A stretch of 64,000 nucleotides of DNA from the NCBI RefSeq assembly GCF_009914755.1, contig NC_060947.1; one strand, written 5' to 3'. Of this stretch, positions 14,445-31,203 are shown in pieces. The translations under genes were made by a program, and so were the position numbers. Position 1 is the stretch's first letter. Each line of letters opens with the position of its first letter. The notes beneath the pieces are model-generated. The model saw nothing but the letters and a program-made list of their open reading frames with translations, was not told the origin of the DNA and ran no database searches. Source of the DNA: the human T2T-CHM13v2.0 reference genome, Homo sapiens.

Positions 14445-17440
14445 TCCTTTACATTTTTAATAAAATTTTCTCTGGATTAGAAAACCTGCCTTGAGGTTCC
14501 ATTCACATATCAAGCAATTAGTTTTCATTAATTCTTAAGTATGGGTTGGATTGTGGACCATAGGGCTATTGAGACATCATATGTGGGGGGACTGAAGTCC
14601 CTAGAAATTGTTCTCTTCTCCCTGGCTTCCCCACTGGTTAAAATCTAGTCTGAAGTTACACAGATCTGCCAGACTCCAAAATAAAAATGCCTGACCACAA
14701 AGTTGAACTCCCAGTAGCCTTTACAGGAACAATAATAATTGTCTTAAAATTTTATATTACTCTGCCTGCCAGCTATGGAGAGTAAAGACAGCCCAAAAGA
14801 GGGAGATTCACCCCGCACAGCACACCCACCCTGCCAAGGGACAACCAGACTGCTTATTTAAGTGGGTCCCTGATCCCATTCCTCCTGACTGGGTGAGACC
14901 TCCCAACAGGGGCCTCTAGATACCTCATACAGGAGAGTTCTTGTCAGCATCAGGTCAGTGCACCTCTGGGACAGAGCTCATAGAGGAAGGAGTATGCAGC
15001 CACCTTTGCTGTTTTGCAGCCTTCAGTGGTGATACCTCAAGTTGTGGGAGGGACCCAGATGAATAGAATCTGAAGTGGACCCACCAGCAAACCTCAGCAG
15101 CCCTGGGGAAGAGGGGTGGGATTGCTACGTGAAGAACAAACAGAAAGCAACAACAGCAACATCAATGAAAAAACCCCCATAAAATCCCCATCCAAAGGTC
15201 AGCAGCCTCAAAGATTGAAGGTAGATAAATCCTAAAAGATGAGAAAGAATCAACGCAAAAATGCCAAAAACTCAAAAAGCCAGAGTGCCTCTTCTCCTCC
15301 AAATGATCACAACACTGCTTCTGCAAGGGCCGAGAACTGGGCTGAGGCTGAGATGGATGAATTGAGAGAAGGAGACTTCAGAATGTGGGTAATAACAAAC
15401 TTCACTGAGCTAAAGGGATATGTTCTAACCCAATGCAAAGAAGCTAAGAACCATGATAAAACATTATAGGAGCTGTTAACCAGAATAAACAGTTTAGAGA
15501 GGAACATAAGTGACCTGATGGAGCTGAAAAACACAAGAGAACTTCACAATGCAAACACAAGTATCAATGGCTGAAGTGACCAAGCGGAAGGAAAAATATC
15601 AGAGCTTGATGACTATCTTGCTGAAACAAGGCAGTCAGACAAAATTAGAGGAAAAAAAAAACAGAATAAAAAGGAATGAAAAAAACCTCTGAGAACTATG
15701 TGATTATGTAAAAATACCAAACCTACTACTAATTGGGGTACCTGAAAGAGACAGGGAGAATGGAACCAAGTTGGAAAACACACTTCAGGATATCATCCAG
15801 AAGAACATCCCCAGCCTGGCAAGACAGGCTAACATTCAAATTCAGGAAATCCAGAGAACCCCAGTAAGATACTCCCTGAGAAGATAAACCCCAAGACACA
15901 TAATCATCACATTCTCCAAGGTCGAAATGAAAGAAACAATGTTAAGGGCAGCCAGAGAGAAAGGCCAGGTCACCTGCAAAGGGAAGCTCATCAGACTAAC
16001 AGTGGACCTCTCAGTGTAAACCTTACAAGCCACAAGAGATTGGGGGCCAATATTCAGCATTCTTAATGAAAAGAATTTCCAACACAGAATTTCATATCTG
16101 GACAAACTAAGTTTTATAGGAGAAGGTGAAATAAAATCCTTTGCAGACAAGCAAATGCTGAGGGAATTCATCACCACCTGGCCTGCCTTGCAAGAGCTCC
16201 TGAAGGAAGCACTAAATATAGAAAGAAAAAAACTGCTACCGGCCATTACAAAAACATACTGAAGTACACGGGCCAAGGACACTATAAAGTAACTACATAA
16301 ACGAGTCTGCAAAATAACCAGCCAGTATCATGATGACAGAATCAAATTCACACATAACAACATTAACCTTAAATGTAAATATGATAAATGGCCCAATTAA
16401 AAGACATAGAATAACAAGCTGGATAAAGAGTCAAGACCTATTGGTGTGCTGTATTCAAGAGACCCATCTTATGTGCCAAGACACAAATAGACTCAAAATA
16501 AAGGAATGAAGGAAAATTTACCAAGCAAATGAAAAATAGAAAAAAGCAGGGGTCATAATCCTAGTTTCTGATAAAACAGACTTTAAACCAACCAAGATCA
16601 AAAAAGACGAAGAAGGGCATTACATAATGGTAAAGGGTTCGATTCAACAAGAAGAGCTAACTATCCTAAATATATATGCACCCAATACAGGAGTACCCAG
16701 ATTCATAAAGCAAGTTCACAGGAAACTACAAAGGGACTTAAACTGCCACACAATAATAGTGGGAGACTTTAACACCCCGCTGTCAATATTAGACAGATTA
16801 TCAATATTAGATGACAGAAAATGAACATAGATGTTTAGGAATTGAACTCAGCTCTGAATCAAGTGGACCTGATAGATATCTATAGAACTCTTCCCCCTGA
16901 AATAACAGAATATACATTCTCCTCAGTGCCACATGGCACTTACTCTAACATTGATCACATAATTGAAAGTAAAACACGCCTCAGCAAATGCAAAAGAACT
17001 GAAATCATAACAGTCTCTCAGACCACAGTTCAATCAAATTAGAACGTAAAATTAATAAACTCACTCAAAGCCACACAACTATATGGAAATTGAACAGCCT
17101 GATTTTGAATGGCTCCTGGGTAAATAATGAAATTAAGGCAGAAATCAAGAAGTTCTTTGAAACTAACGAGAACAAAGAGACAATGTGCAAGGATCTCTGG
17201 GATGCAGCTAAAGCAGTGTTAAGAGGAAAATTTATAGCACAAAATGCCCACATCAAAAAGCTATAAAAATCTTAAATCATCGTCCTAACATTACATCTAA
17301 AAGAACTACAGAACCAAAAGCAAACAAACCCTAAAGCTAGCAGAAGACAAAAAATATCCAAGCTCAGAGCAGAACTTAAGGTGATAGAGAAACAAAAAAA
17401 TTCTTTAAAAAAATCAATGAATCAGGAGCTGGTTTTCTGG

Positions 17441-17472
<32 letters not shown>
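17441..17472. repeat. Expanded poly(A) run inside L1 ORF2
   Basis: About 32 consecutive A. Confidence 0.9.
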
Positions 17473-17473
<1 letters not shown>

Positions 17474-19551
17474 ACTAGCTAGACTAATAAAGAAGAAAAG
17501 AGAGGTAAATCAAATAGACACAATATATAATGATAAAGGGAATATCACCACTGACCCCCCCAAAAAATAAAACCACCAGAGAATACTATAAACACCTCCA
17601 TGCAAATAAACTAGAAAATCCAGAAGAAATTGATAAATTTCTGGACACATAAACCCTCCCAAAACTGAACCAGGAGGAAGTTAAACCCCTGAATAGACTA
17701 GTAACAAGTTCTGAAATTGAGGTAGTAATAAATAGCCTGTCAACCAAAAAAAAAAAAAACAAAAAAAGCCCAGGACCAGATGGATTTACAGCTGAATTCT
17801 ACCAGAGGTACAAAGATGAGCTGGTTCCATTTCTTCTGAAAATATTCAAAAAAAATTGAAAAGGAAGGACTTCTCTCTAACTCATTTTATGAGGCCAGCA
17901 TTATCCTGACATTAGAACCTTGTGGAGATAGAATAGTAAAAGAAAACTTCAGGCCAATATTTCTTGTGAACATCAATGCAAAAATTCTCAATAAAATACT
18001 GGCAAACTGAATCCAGCAGCCCATCAAAAAGCTAATCCACCATGATTAAGTCAGCTTCATCCTTGGAATGTAAGGCTGGTTTCACATATACAAATCAATA
18101 AGCATAATTCATCACATAAACAGAACTAAATACAAAAAACACATGATTATCTCAATAGATGCAGAAAAGGCCTTTAATCAAATTCAATATCACTTCATGT
18201 TAAAAACTCTTGATAAATTAGGTATTGAAGAGGAACCTCAAAATTATGAGCCATTTATGACAAACCCACAGCAAATATCATACTAAATGGGCAATAGCTG
18301 GAAACATTCCCCATGATAACTGGCATGAAACAAGGGTGCCCTCTCTTACCACTCCTATTAAACCTAGTATTGGAAGTTCTGTCCAGGGCTATCAGGCAAG
18401 AGAAAGAAATAAATGGTATTCATATAGGAACAGAGGAAGTGAAATTGTCCATTTTTGCAGATGACATATCCTATGTCTAGAAAACCCCATCAACTCAGCC
18501 CAAAAGCTTCTTAAGCTGATAAGCTACTGCAGGACAGTATCAGGATACAAAATCAATGTGCAAAAATCACAAGCATTTCTATACACAACAACAGACAATC
18601 AGAGAGCAAATAATGAATGAACTCATTCACAATTGCTGCAAAGAGAATAGAATACCTAGGAATACAGCTAACAAGGAAAGTGAAGGACCTCTTCCAGGAG
18701 AACTGCAAACCACTACTAAAGGAAATCAGAGAGGACACAAACAAGTGGAAAAACATTCCATGCTCATGGATAGAAAGAATCAATATCATGAAAATGGCCA
18801 TACTGCCTGAAGTAATTTATAGAGTCAATGTTATTGCCATTAAACTACCATTGACATTTTTCATAGCATGAGAAGAAACTATTTTAAAATTCATGTGAAA
18901 CCAAAAAATAACTTGTATACCCAAGACAATCCTAAACAAAAGGAACAAAGCTGGAGGCAGGCATCTCACTACCCGACTTGATACAATACTACAAGGCTAC
19001 AATAATCAAAACAGCATGGTACTGGTATAAAAACAGACACATAGATTAATGGAACAGAATAGAAAAACTCAGAAATAAAATTGTGCACTTACAACCATCT
19101 GATCTTTGGCAAGCCTGACAAAAAACAAGCAATGGGAAAATAATTTCCTATTTGATAAATGGTGCTGGGAGAATTGGATAGCCATATGCAGAAAATTGAA
19201 ACCGGACTCCTTCCTTACACCTTATACAAAAATAAACTCAAGGTTGGTTAAAGACTTCAATATAAAACTCAACACTATGAAAACCGTAAAAGAAAATCTA
19301 GGCGATACCATTCAGGGCATAGACACAGGCAAAGATTTCATGACAAAATTGCCAAAAGCAATTGCAACAAAAGCAAAAATTAACAAATACGATCTAATTA
19401 AATGAAGAGTTCTGCACAGTAAAATAAACTATCATCAGAGCCAACAGGCAACCTAGAGAGTGGGAGAAAACTTTCGCAATTTATGCATCTAACAAAGTCT
19501 AATATTCAGAATCTACAAGGAACTTAAACAAATTTACAGGAAAAACCCCAT

Positions 19552-19940
19552 CGTATTAGTCCATTCTCGTGTTGCTAATAAAGACATATCTGAAATATCT
19601 GAAATTGGATGATTTATAAAGAAAAGAGGTTTAACTGACTCACACTTTTGCATGGCTGAGAGGCCACAGGAAACATACAATCAGGGCAGAACGGGGGAAG
19701 TAAACACATCCTTCTTCACATGGCGGCACGAGAGAGAAGAATGAGAGCTGAGCGATGGGTAAAGCCACTTGTAATATCATTAGATTTCATGAGAACTGAT
19801 TCACTATCACAAGAATAGCATAGGGGAAACCATCCCCATGATTCAATTACCTCCCACTGGATTCCTTCCATGTCACATGGGGATTATGGGAACTACAACT
19901 GAAGATGAGATTTGGGTGGGGACACAGCCATACCATATCA
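19552..19940 (-). mobile_element. THE1 solo LTR (THE1C-like) nested in L1
   Basis: gtattagtccattctc ... gacacagccataccatatca; TSD cccat/tccat. Confidence 0.92.
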
Positions 19941-21527
19941 TCCATTAAAAAGTGGGCAAAAGACATGACCAGACACTTCTCAAAAGTCAGGAAACAACAG
20001 ATGCTGGCAAGGTGGTAGAGAAATAGAAACACTTTTCCACTGTTGTTGGGAACGTAAATTAGTTCAACCATTGTGGAAGACAGTGTGGCAATTCCTCAAA
20101 CACCTAGAACAAGAAATGCCATTTGACCCAGCAATCCCATTACTAGGTATATACCCAAAAGGATATAAATCATTCTATTATAATGATATATGCACATGTA
20201 TGTTTATTGCAGCACTATTCACAATAGCAAAGACATGGAATCAATCCAAATGCCCATCAATGATACACAAGATAAAGAAAATGTGGTACATATACACCAT
20301 GGAATACTATGCATCCATAAAAAGGAATTAGATCATGTGCTTTGCAGGGACGTGGATGGAGCTGGAAGCCATTATCCTCAGCAAACTAATGCAAACCAAA
20401 CACCTCATGTTCTCACTTATAAGCGGGAGCTGAACAATGAGAATACATGGACACAGCAGTGAGGGGAACAATACACACTGGGGCCTGTTGGGGGTGGGGG
20501 TGTGGAGGGAGAGAAGGCATTAGGAAAAATAACTGATGCATGCTAGGCTTAATATCTAGGTGATAGGCTGATAGTTGCAGCAAACCACCATGGCACACAT
20601 TTGCCTATGTAACAAACCTGCATATCCTGCACATGTACCCTGGAACTTAAAAATAAAATAAATTTTATATTACTAAACTACAGTGTACTTTATAACAGTC
20701 TTCTCATCTTTGATATTATTTAAGTGTGACCACACTTGCCAAGAAACAACACTATTATTTTAATGAGTCCTATTTAAAGATACCATTGTAACACCGATAT
20801 CCCAGACTTCACCAGCCTGAAAGATTACATTTACTATTCATGACCAAAGCATGGAAGCTCAAACCTCTATCAGCCTGACTGCTGGCAATTAAGCTACAAT
20901 TTCCAAAATGTCCTCTTTGTATATCTTGGGGCGCTTTTCTAGTGCTCCCCACAAAACTTTTAGTTGTAGGCTTCAAGCAAGGTCCACTACATTCTTCCCA
21001 GTTTTATCTTCCCCAGGTTGCCACCCTCGAAGCCAGAGGCAAGAGGTTTCACTGTCATCAATGGCCCATCTTACAAGGCCCTAGGTCCAAACCAAAAACC
21101 AAGAACCAAGGGTATTACATCTAGATGCTTTATCATCTTCAGAGTGCTAGGGCATTGCTGGGTTAAAGATTCCAATTCAGAGTCCCAGCTTGGCTGTGAA
21201 GCAGCCCAGCTCACAGCCAGAGTCTCATTGCACCCAAAGAAATGCGAAGGCTTTGGGCTAGAATCTCAACCTCTACCCAGGATCTCACGGATTGTCTCAT
21301 AAGCGTACGGTTCTGTAGATTTCTGGTGCTCAGGCCTCTAAACAGAGAAGTTCAAACCTGGTTCATACTGCCGGATGGCAGAGAGTTCTCAGAGTGGGTT
21401 ACCTGAAAACAGACTCTGGGGTCGAGAGTTGCTTGCAGGAGGTTGATTAGGGAAAGCTCTTGAGAGTGGCAGTGTGGAACTGCACCTGAGCCATGAGTTT
21501 CAGATGGCGATGGAAGATAGAAAGTCT

Positions 21528-21592
21528 ACCACAACCACCACAACCACAGCCACCATCACCCACCACCTCTACCACTGACACGATCACCACCC
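21528..21592. repeat. (CAC)n-like low-complexity tract
   Basis: accacaaccaccacaaccacagccaccatcacc... Confidence 0.8.
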
Positions 21593-21795
21593 TTTTCTGT
21601 TCTGGAAATGGCTAACCACTTAGGACCACCCCACCCTCACATGTTTACGTATTGGAAGACAAGACCCACCTCTATCTTTCACTTGCCCCTACAGGACTCC
21701 TCAATGATGTAGATGATTCCCTTGTCTCCTACCTCCATAAAACACCAGTCCTCCTTCTTTGGCTTTGAGAACTTTTTTATTAATACACAGTCCCT

Positions 21796-22209
21796 TGTTA
21801 ACTTGAACTAAGATTTGCCTAAAAGCTGCCTCCATCGTATTTTAAGTTTGATCTAAAAGTTTTACAATGTATAGTGAAATGTAACCTAACTTGATGTGTA
21901 AACAGATTGTAGCCTAATCTGTACCCTCTTGCAACAAGTAGCCAAGTCTCAGTCAATCATAGCAGCTGAATGGCCAGCCAATGAGGCTGAGAGCTGCCAG
22001 AATATGACCATATAAGGCAACTGCAGAGGGCAGCCAATCAGGTTATTTTTGTATGTCACTTCATTTACTCTGAGTATAAATATGACCTGCACGTGTGGTA
22101 GGGTGGAGGATTTTGAACCATTTTCAGTAGAGTCTGATTATGCACTCACAATTAAAGCCAATTAAGGTCTGCAAAACTATGCTTTTTTTTGTAATTTTGT
22201 CTTTTAACA
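21796..22209 (+). mobile_element. ERV1 solo LTR (MER57 family)
   Basis: tgtta..cctaaaagctgcctcc..gtaacctaacttgatgtgtaaacaga; CCAAT boxes; tataaa at ~22075; ends ttttaaca. Confidence 0.75.
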
Positions 22210-23879
22210 TTTACTATTTTAATAGCCTGAACAAAGGCATCTTCTTAATTGCCGAGTGCATTATGTCACTGACAAAAGACAGGCCTGTAAAGGGTGAGAA
22301 AGGCAGGGTTAGCAGTGAGAGATTCTGACCTGCAATCAGGTTGCAAATAGTGCCTCATCTGATTCACTGGGAGATCTAGGGCTGAGATGGCCCTTTAAAG
22401 TTGTTCCAAATTGAAGCAAAAATACCCATCCTTTGTATCAGGCTGACCGGCCTTTGTATCTCAGATGTAGTCCGTCATCCAGTCCCTAAAAAGGAAGTAT
22501 CCCAGGGCAAAACATGTCTGGGAGGCCTATGGCAATTTCCAGCTGAGAAAAGCATCTGGGAGCTGCCAGCAGCCAAAATTCCCAGGAGCTGGGGTGGCAC
22601 CGGCACAGGGGATCTGAGCCTAGGTATCCTCTCCATGAATAGATGGATGAACACTCACGAATGTCAATGAGTAAAAAGGAAGCAAGCAAATCTGAGAAGG
22701 GGGCAAGGGAGAGAAGATAGGAATAATTGGTGAAAGGGGATGGCGCATCCCCCACAAAATTTTAGAGCTTTCAAGGAGTGTGTCTTCAGCTGTGGTTCAC
22801 AAAGTTTCCTGGGCATCCCTCTTAATGCATTCAACTTGATTACAAGCCACTCTCTATACTTCTGTTTCTAAAGAAATTAGCATTTTACTCGCGAATATAT
22901 AATGAAAATAACGTTAAAAAGCCAACTGCCACCATTTGTTGTTGCTACCTAATAAAAGTCAGCTCCAGCCTCCCCATTTTTTCCAGTGAGAGGTTTTTTT
23001 CTTCCTGAATTTCATATGCCAACTCGGGCCCAAGACAAATAACATTGCAAGTCATTTTTGTTTTAATAAGTTGGACTGTGCATCTTCTTTCCTACTAAGA
23101 AGCATTTACTGAGCTTCTACTTCATGCCAGGTGTTGTTATACTGTACCCTATGGGGGAGATTAAACATTTTTCCATATCGATCTACCCTTGATACCATCA
23201 TAAGGCACAGGTGACTTTGCCATGACAACGTCAGAAAAAACGAAAGGCAAAATGCACACCACTGTTAACTGAGGAACTAATGCTAATGAGAATGTGAATA
23301 CAACATTGTGTAACTTGCTCTTTTTAGATTCTAGAAATGTGAAATCTAGAAGTATTGCTGTCCTAGGTTGGTAGCTAGAGAGAGACACATGGTAGTGGGG
23401 AGGGTGTTTTGCACTTTGTTCCATAGCAGGAGAAACTAAGCCATTGTAAATTCTGATGAGAAAGAAATAGAAAATTAGTAAACAAGTTGAAGATACAGAA
23501 GGTGGGATCACTTGTGAATTAAATTATTTGAAGAGGGATAAGAACTGGGATCTGCCTCAGAGTGAAGACCTCTTTGACTATGATTGAGGAAGGAAGGGCA
23601 TGGAACAGGAGGCCAGACAATTGTGAACAGCTGGATTGATCCAGGGTTATAATTTTGCCGTATGATACGCAGGACAGTGAAGGATCCAAGGCGGTGAAGG
23701 GTTTAGACAGTAACTAATTGAGAAGATAAATCTAGTACCTAGATTAAAATAGAAGATGGGGTGAAATCTGAAGAAAACTGATGGTTTGGGAGAAAATGAA
23801 AAAGTCTAAAGTTGGGAGGTATCAAATGGGTTATAAAAAGCAGGTGTTGAAGGAGAGAGAGAACAATAGTAGCAAGAGC

Positions 23880-24080
23880 TAGTACTCACTATAATCCAGC
23901 CACTGTTCTATGCAAACATCTAAAAATAACCCTAAGAGTATATATTGTTATTTTTTATATTTTATATGGGATGAAACTAAGATACTCAATGGTCAAATTG
24001 TGTGTGCAAGGTCAAAGAGCTGAGCAGTGGCACAGCTGTGATCAGTCTGATTTCAGTCTCTGCTTCTCTCTACTTTCTGA
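23880..24080 (-). mobile_element. MIR
   Basis: atatgggatgaaactaagatactca..tgtgcaaggtcaaagagct. Confidence 0.6.
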
Positions 24081-24849
24081 CACAGGCCATAGAGGAGGGT
24101 TTGCAGTTATTATTTCAAGTTGGCAATTGCGGACGATTATGAGGTTTAGGGTGTGGCATGATAGTGGGTGGATAAAGTGGAATGAAGTCTGTACCCAGTT
24201 CACCACAGCTCTTCTGCCCTCTCCTTCTGCAGCTTCCCAGTGACTTTCTGCTTGTCATTGTGATTGCATCCTTGTAGACCTTTGCCACTAGAAGGCTGTG
24301 ACTGGGTACCCAATGGAGACAGTGACTGGAGTAAACTGGGAAGGAACTGCATGAGGAAGTTCAAATAGAAAGATCCATCCACATTAAGGAAGCAGGAGTG
24401 CATATAAATGGGTAAAACACAGCTGTTTCCTGACTCTGTGCCTCATTTTTGCAAAATCTTTACTATGAGTTTTTTTTTTTTTTTTTTTTTTTTTCCCTGA
24501 CTGTTCTCTGTGATTCCAACTAAACGTTTGGCAGTGTTTCAAACATTGTCAGTTTGGGGCACCATAACTAAAGTAGCACTGTCTTTCAATCACATCATTA
24601 GAGGGAATCTGAAAAGTTTTAGTCATCCCAGCAAATGTGTAGAACCCTGGGTTCAAAGCCCCAGCCTTGAAATGCAGCTATTTGAGTTAGAAGGTTACTT
24701 TTTTATGTGTTTTCTCCTTGCCCTGGTGCTAAGAAAACTAAAATACACAGTTTCTCCTAATCTGTGGAAGCTGTTAAATAAATGTCTCAAAGCTTTCTAG
24801 CATTTCACTATGCTAGCATGGAGGTGTGAAAAGAAGTTGTGTTTGTAAT

Positions 24850-25440
24850 CCAGTTATGGCACCTGCTAACTGCAACACTGCCCATGTTACTTAAGCCTCC
24901 TGAGCCTCAGTTTTCTCATCTGTAAGATGTAGAAATAGTGTGAATGGCATCATTCCTGAGGAATGCTTAAGGAAGTCTGACTCATAGTAAGACCTCATAT
25001 ATGGTAGTGGTAGTAGTCGTTGTTGTTGTTGCTATACTTACGGTTTGCACTTCCTTTCTGCCAACTCATTCATTCTCCCCGCTGTGCCTGCCCCTTCACT
25101 GAAAAAGTTTCCTCCAAAGTCATCAACATCATCCTTGATGCTAAAGCTAATGGATACTTCACAGTTCATATTCAACTGGGCCTCTTGACGCCACGGCCCA
25201 TTTTTTCCTTCTAAAGCACATTCTCTTGGCTCTGTACTAACATCTAATAAGTCCTAAGTATGTGTCCGGTGCTATTCTAAGTACATTACGTTAAGTATCG
25301 TATGTACCTGTGTAATCAATACTGTTCTTAGCCCCATTTTACAGCTAGGAGAAAGAGGCTCAGATAATTTAATTATTTTTACCATAGGTCACAGAGCTAG
25401 TGAGTGATAAGCTGAGTCAAGGTTACGCTTCAAGTTACTG
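24850..25440. mobile_element. MIR(+) / L2 / MIR(-) relic cluster
   Basis: gagcctcagttttctcatctgtaa (~24900); ctccaaagtcatcaacatcatccttgatgctaaa (L2); ccattttacagctaggagaaagaggctcaga (~25335). Confidence 0.65.
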
Positions 25441-25505
25441 TCCTGGACCTTCCTTCTTCTGGTCCACAAGATTACACTTAGCCTATGTAGTCACAGTTCA
25501 TTCTT

Positions 25506-25800
<295 letters not shown>

Positions 25801-25814
25801 ATAGTTCATTCTTC

Positions 25815-26100
25815 AGTGCTTATAGCGTGCCAAGTACTATGTGAAGCACTATATGTGTGTGTGTTATATGTGTATATGGACAGATGGATAGATTCCTTAA
25901 GAGAGAAGACAGATCCTTAATTGCAGTAATAGCTTTATTAGATAGATATTATGATTCTATCATCACTTATATTTACACAAAGAAAAGGAGGCTCAGAGAG
26001 ATTAAGTAAATTTTTCAAGGTTACCTCGTTCGTAAATGACAGAACCATGACTTGAGCCCAAGCCTTTTTAATTTAAAAGTATTTGCTCTTGATTATTACA
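25815..26100 (-). mobile_element. MIR
   Basis: gaggctcagagagattaagtaaatttttcaaggttac. Confidence 0.7.
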
Positions 26101-27483
26101 TTTTACTACAGTGCAGTTCCTAGATAGTGCCCTCTCCAACTTCACGTAAGATTCAAATAAACTAGAACCAAATGGAACTCAGCTATAAAATTTACTGAAA
26201 TATTTACATTTGTATTCAGGTGTATCTTTGCAAGAGTGGAAATGGGCAAACAGACCTGATAGCCTCAAATGCTGACTCGGAAATAATCAGGCCATCCCAA
26301 AACCCCTTCAAAATTATCAGGCTGTTAGAAGCCAAGTGGAAATGCTAAGGCCTCAATTTGTAAGAAGCAGGACCAGGCAGAAAACTGGGGTTTTAGCTTG
26401 TGCTACAAATAAACTCTGGCCTCAGTCTTCTGCAAATCAGGATGCCCAATCATTCACCCTCTTCAGAAAAGATGAAGAGTGGCCCCTCCACACCCCCAAT
26501 GTGGCCTCGGTTGTACCAACAAACCACCTGTATCTACTAAGGCAGAAAATAGAACCATTCGAGGTAACTTGTTAATGATTGTCACTACCATAAGAAGTCA
26601 TGAGTACCATTTGATGACTTAGCATTTCTCTATGTGTGATTCTTCTAAAGACTAAATAATTCACGCTAAATTATAATTACTAGAAGGATATTTTAAGCCT
26701 AAAGTTAGAATTAATACAATTAATGTGTAAAACCACCTTGAAGTGTGAAAAGCAAATATTTTGATTATCCAAGTAATTTATAAAGCTCTTAGATAGCTTA
26801 CTTAACAGTCCTTAAATTAATAGTGATTTCTGAATGAAAGTGAAATATTATGGATAATTTTTACACTAAAATGAAATATTATAAAATATAATTAAGAGGC
26901 TTATCAGCAGTCTCACATTTTGGGGATGGAATGCAAAGCTACAAATTGAGAAGCTTATTAAACTGGATGAGTGATTACTGTATCTGTTTCTGAATTATGA
27001 AATATTTATACTCCTGATGTCACAGACCGTACAATATTTATGCTATGTGTGAAGTAAAATCTGTATTCAATATTTGGGCAATGTGACGGGGAAAGAACCT
27101 ATTCCCTAAATTGATTCTAAAATTATCTTTAATTTAAAGCATTATCTCAGAATTACACATAAAGCTCTAAATTCAAAAGAAAGAAATATTTTTTTACTTG
27201 AATTGCCAAAGAATGTGATTCACGTCTCTAGTCACTTTGCCAATAGAGATAGCTAGTTTTATTAAACTTCTCTCCACCTGAATGATGATTTTGCTATAGA
27301 CCCTTGCTCTCCCCTACCCCTACATGACTATTTTTAGAAAGAAATCCTTTTGTTTTTAAACATCGAAATACAAATGAATATTTTATCATCAATGTCAGAT
27401 TTAGAGGTCTTCCATCAGAGACCAAATTAAAAAGTAGTGAAAATGCTTCTGTCTATAACCACCTTTAATTTGTTCTCTTTTAA

Positions 27484-29248
<1,765 letters not shown>

Positions 29249-29289
29249 TGACATGCAGGCATTATATTTTAGTATAACCTATAGGTCAT

Positions 29290-29472
29290 GTTGTATAAGA
29301 GGAGTTTGAGTACTAGAGCAGACAGACTGAGTTTGACCATAGATTCTGCCATTTGCCAGCTGTGTGGCTTTGGGCAAATGACTTCACCAATATGATCCTA
29401 GTGCCTCATCTATTAACAGAGGATATAAATTATTGCCATGTACCTCCCAGAGTTCTTAGGAGGATAAAATAA
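29290..29472 (+). mobile_element. MIR
   Basis: cagctgtgtggctttgggcaaatgacttcac. Confidence 0.75.
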
Positions 29473-29479
29473 GAGAGGC

Positions 29480-30185
<706 letters not shown>

Positions 30186-30657
30186 TACTCCGTGAGCCAT
30201 AAAGTCCTATACAGACATAAGAGATCAACACCTGGGGCAGTGCAAAAGCAGAACTGATAGGTCAGGCTGGCTTTTTAAGAATAGGCTTTGGATCTGAGAG
30301 AGGTCTTCTGCTCATACATACCTCTTCCCTCTATGTTCACTTGTACCACTGGGCCATTTGTTGGCAGTGCATCATAGAGCCAACATAGGAGTTAGAATGG
30401 GAGACCAAAGACTTTGTTAGCAATGAAAAGTAGGAACTAGATATGAGGGCATTGATGCATAGATGGAGGGTGGCAGACTAGGATAGCACAGAGGCCTGAG
30501 GTTGCTAAAGAGCTGGATTCAGAAGACAGGCAAGCAGGCGGAATTCAAGGAACACATGGATAATGTCAAGAAAAGAAATGAGGCACTTTGTCCCAAGGCA
30601 ACAAACGTGCAAAAGCAAGTGGTCAGTATGAGCCAGGAGACTGGAAAAGATGAGTTC

Positions 30658-31203
30658 TGTATTAGTCAGGGTTCTTTAGAGGGACAGGACTAATAAGATA
30701 GATGGCTATATGAAAGGGAGTTTATTAAGGAATATTGACTCACGCGATCGTAAGGTGAAGTCCCACAATAGGTAGTCTGCAAGCTGAGGAGCAAGGAAGC
30801 CAGTCTGAGTTCCAAACCTCAAAAGTAGGGAAGCCGACAGTGCAGCATTCAGTCTGTGGCCAAAGGCCCAAGAGCCCCTGGCAAACCACTGGTATAGGTC
30901 CAAGAGTCCAAAAGTTGAAGAACTTGGAAGTCCAATGTTCGAGGGCAGGAAGCATCCAGCACAGGAGAAAGATGGAGGCCAGAAGACGTAGCTAGTCTAG
31001 TCTTTCCACGTATTGTTGCTTTTATCCTAGCCATGTTGGCAACTGATTAGAAGGTGCCCACCCAGATTGAGGGTGGGTCCACCTCTAGCAGTTCACTGAC
31101 TCAAATGTTAATCTCCTTTGGCACCACCCTCACAGACACACCCAGGAACAATACTTTGCATCCTTTAATACAATCAAGTTGACATTTAATAATAACCATC
31201 ACA
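30658..31203 (-). mobile_element. MLT2A2-like (HERV-L) solo LTR
   Basis: tgtattagtcagggttct ... aataaccatcaca; TSD agttc/ggttc. Confidence 0.88.

Larger units (their letters stand above)
14762..20659 (+). mobile_element. Near full-length inactivated L1 (L1PA13-like): partial 5'UTR, ORF1 from 15239, ORF2 from ~16330, 3'UTR
   Basis: ORF1 start MRKNQRKNAKNSK; endonuclease (LNIYAPNTG, IIVGDFNTPLS) and later ORF2 peptides in broken frames; 15-bp TSD aaattttatattact (14747-14761, 20660-20674). Confidence 0.95.
21390..22600 (-). mobile_element. Fragmented ERVL LTR (LTR16-like), pieces at ~21390-21470 and ~22290-22600
   Basis: cagactctggggtcgagagttgcttgcaggaggttgattaggga and gggctgagatggccctttaaagttgttcc. 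Confidence 0.5.

Noticed and set aside
24467-24494. Isolated poly(T)/poly(A) runs (also ~3078-3095 and ~43565-43581) as retrocopy tails
   Set aside because: No convincing TSD or properly placed poly(A) signal found.
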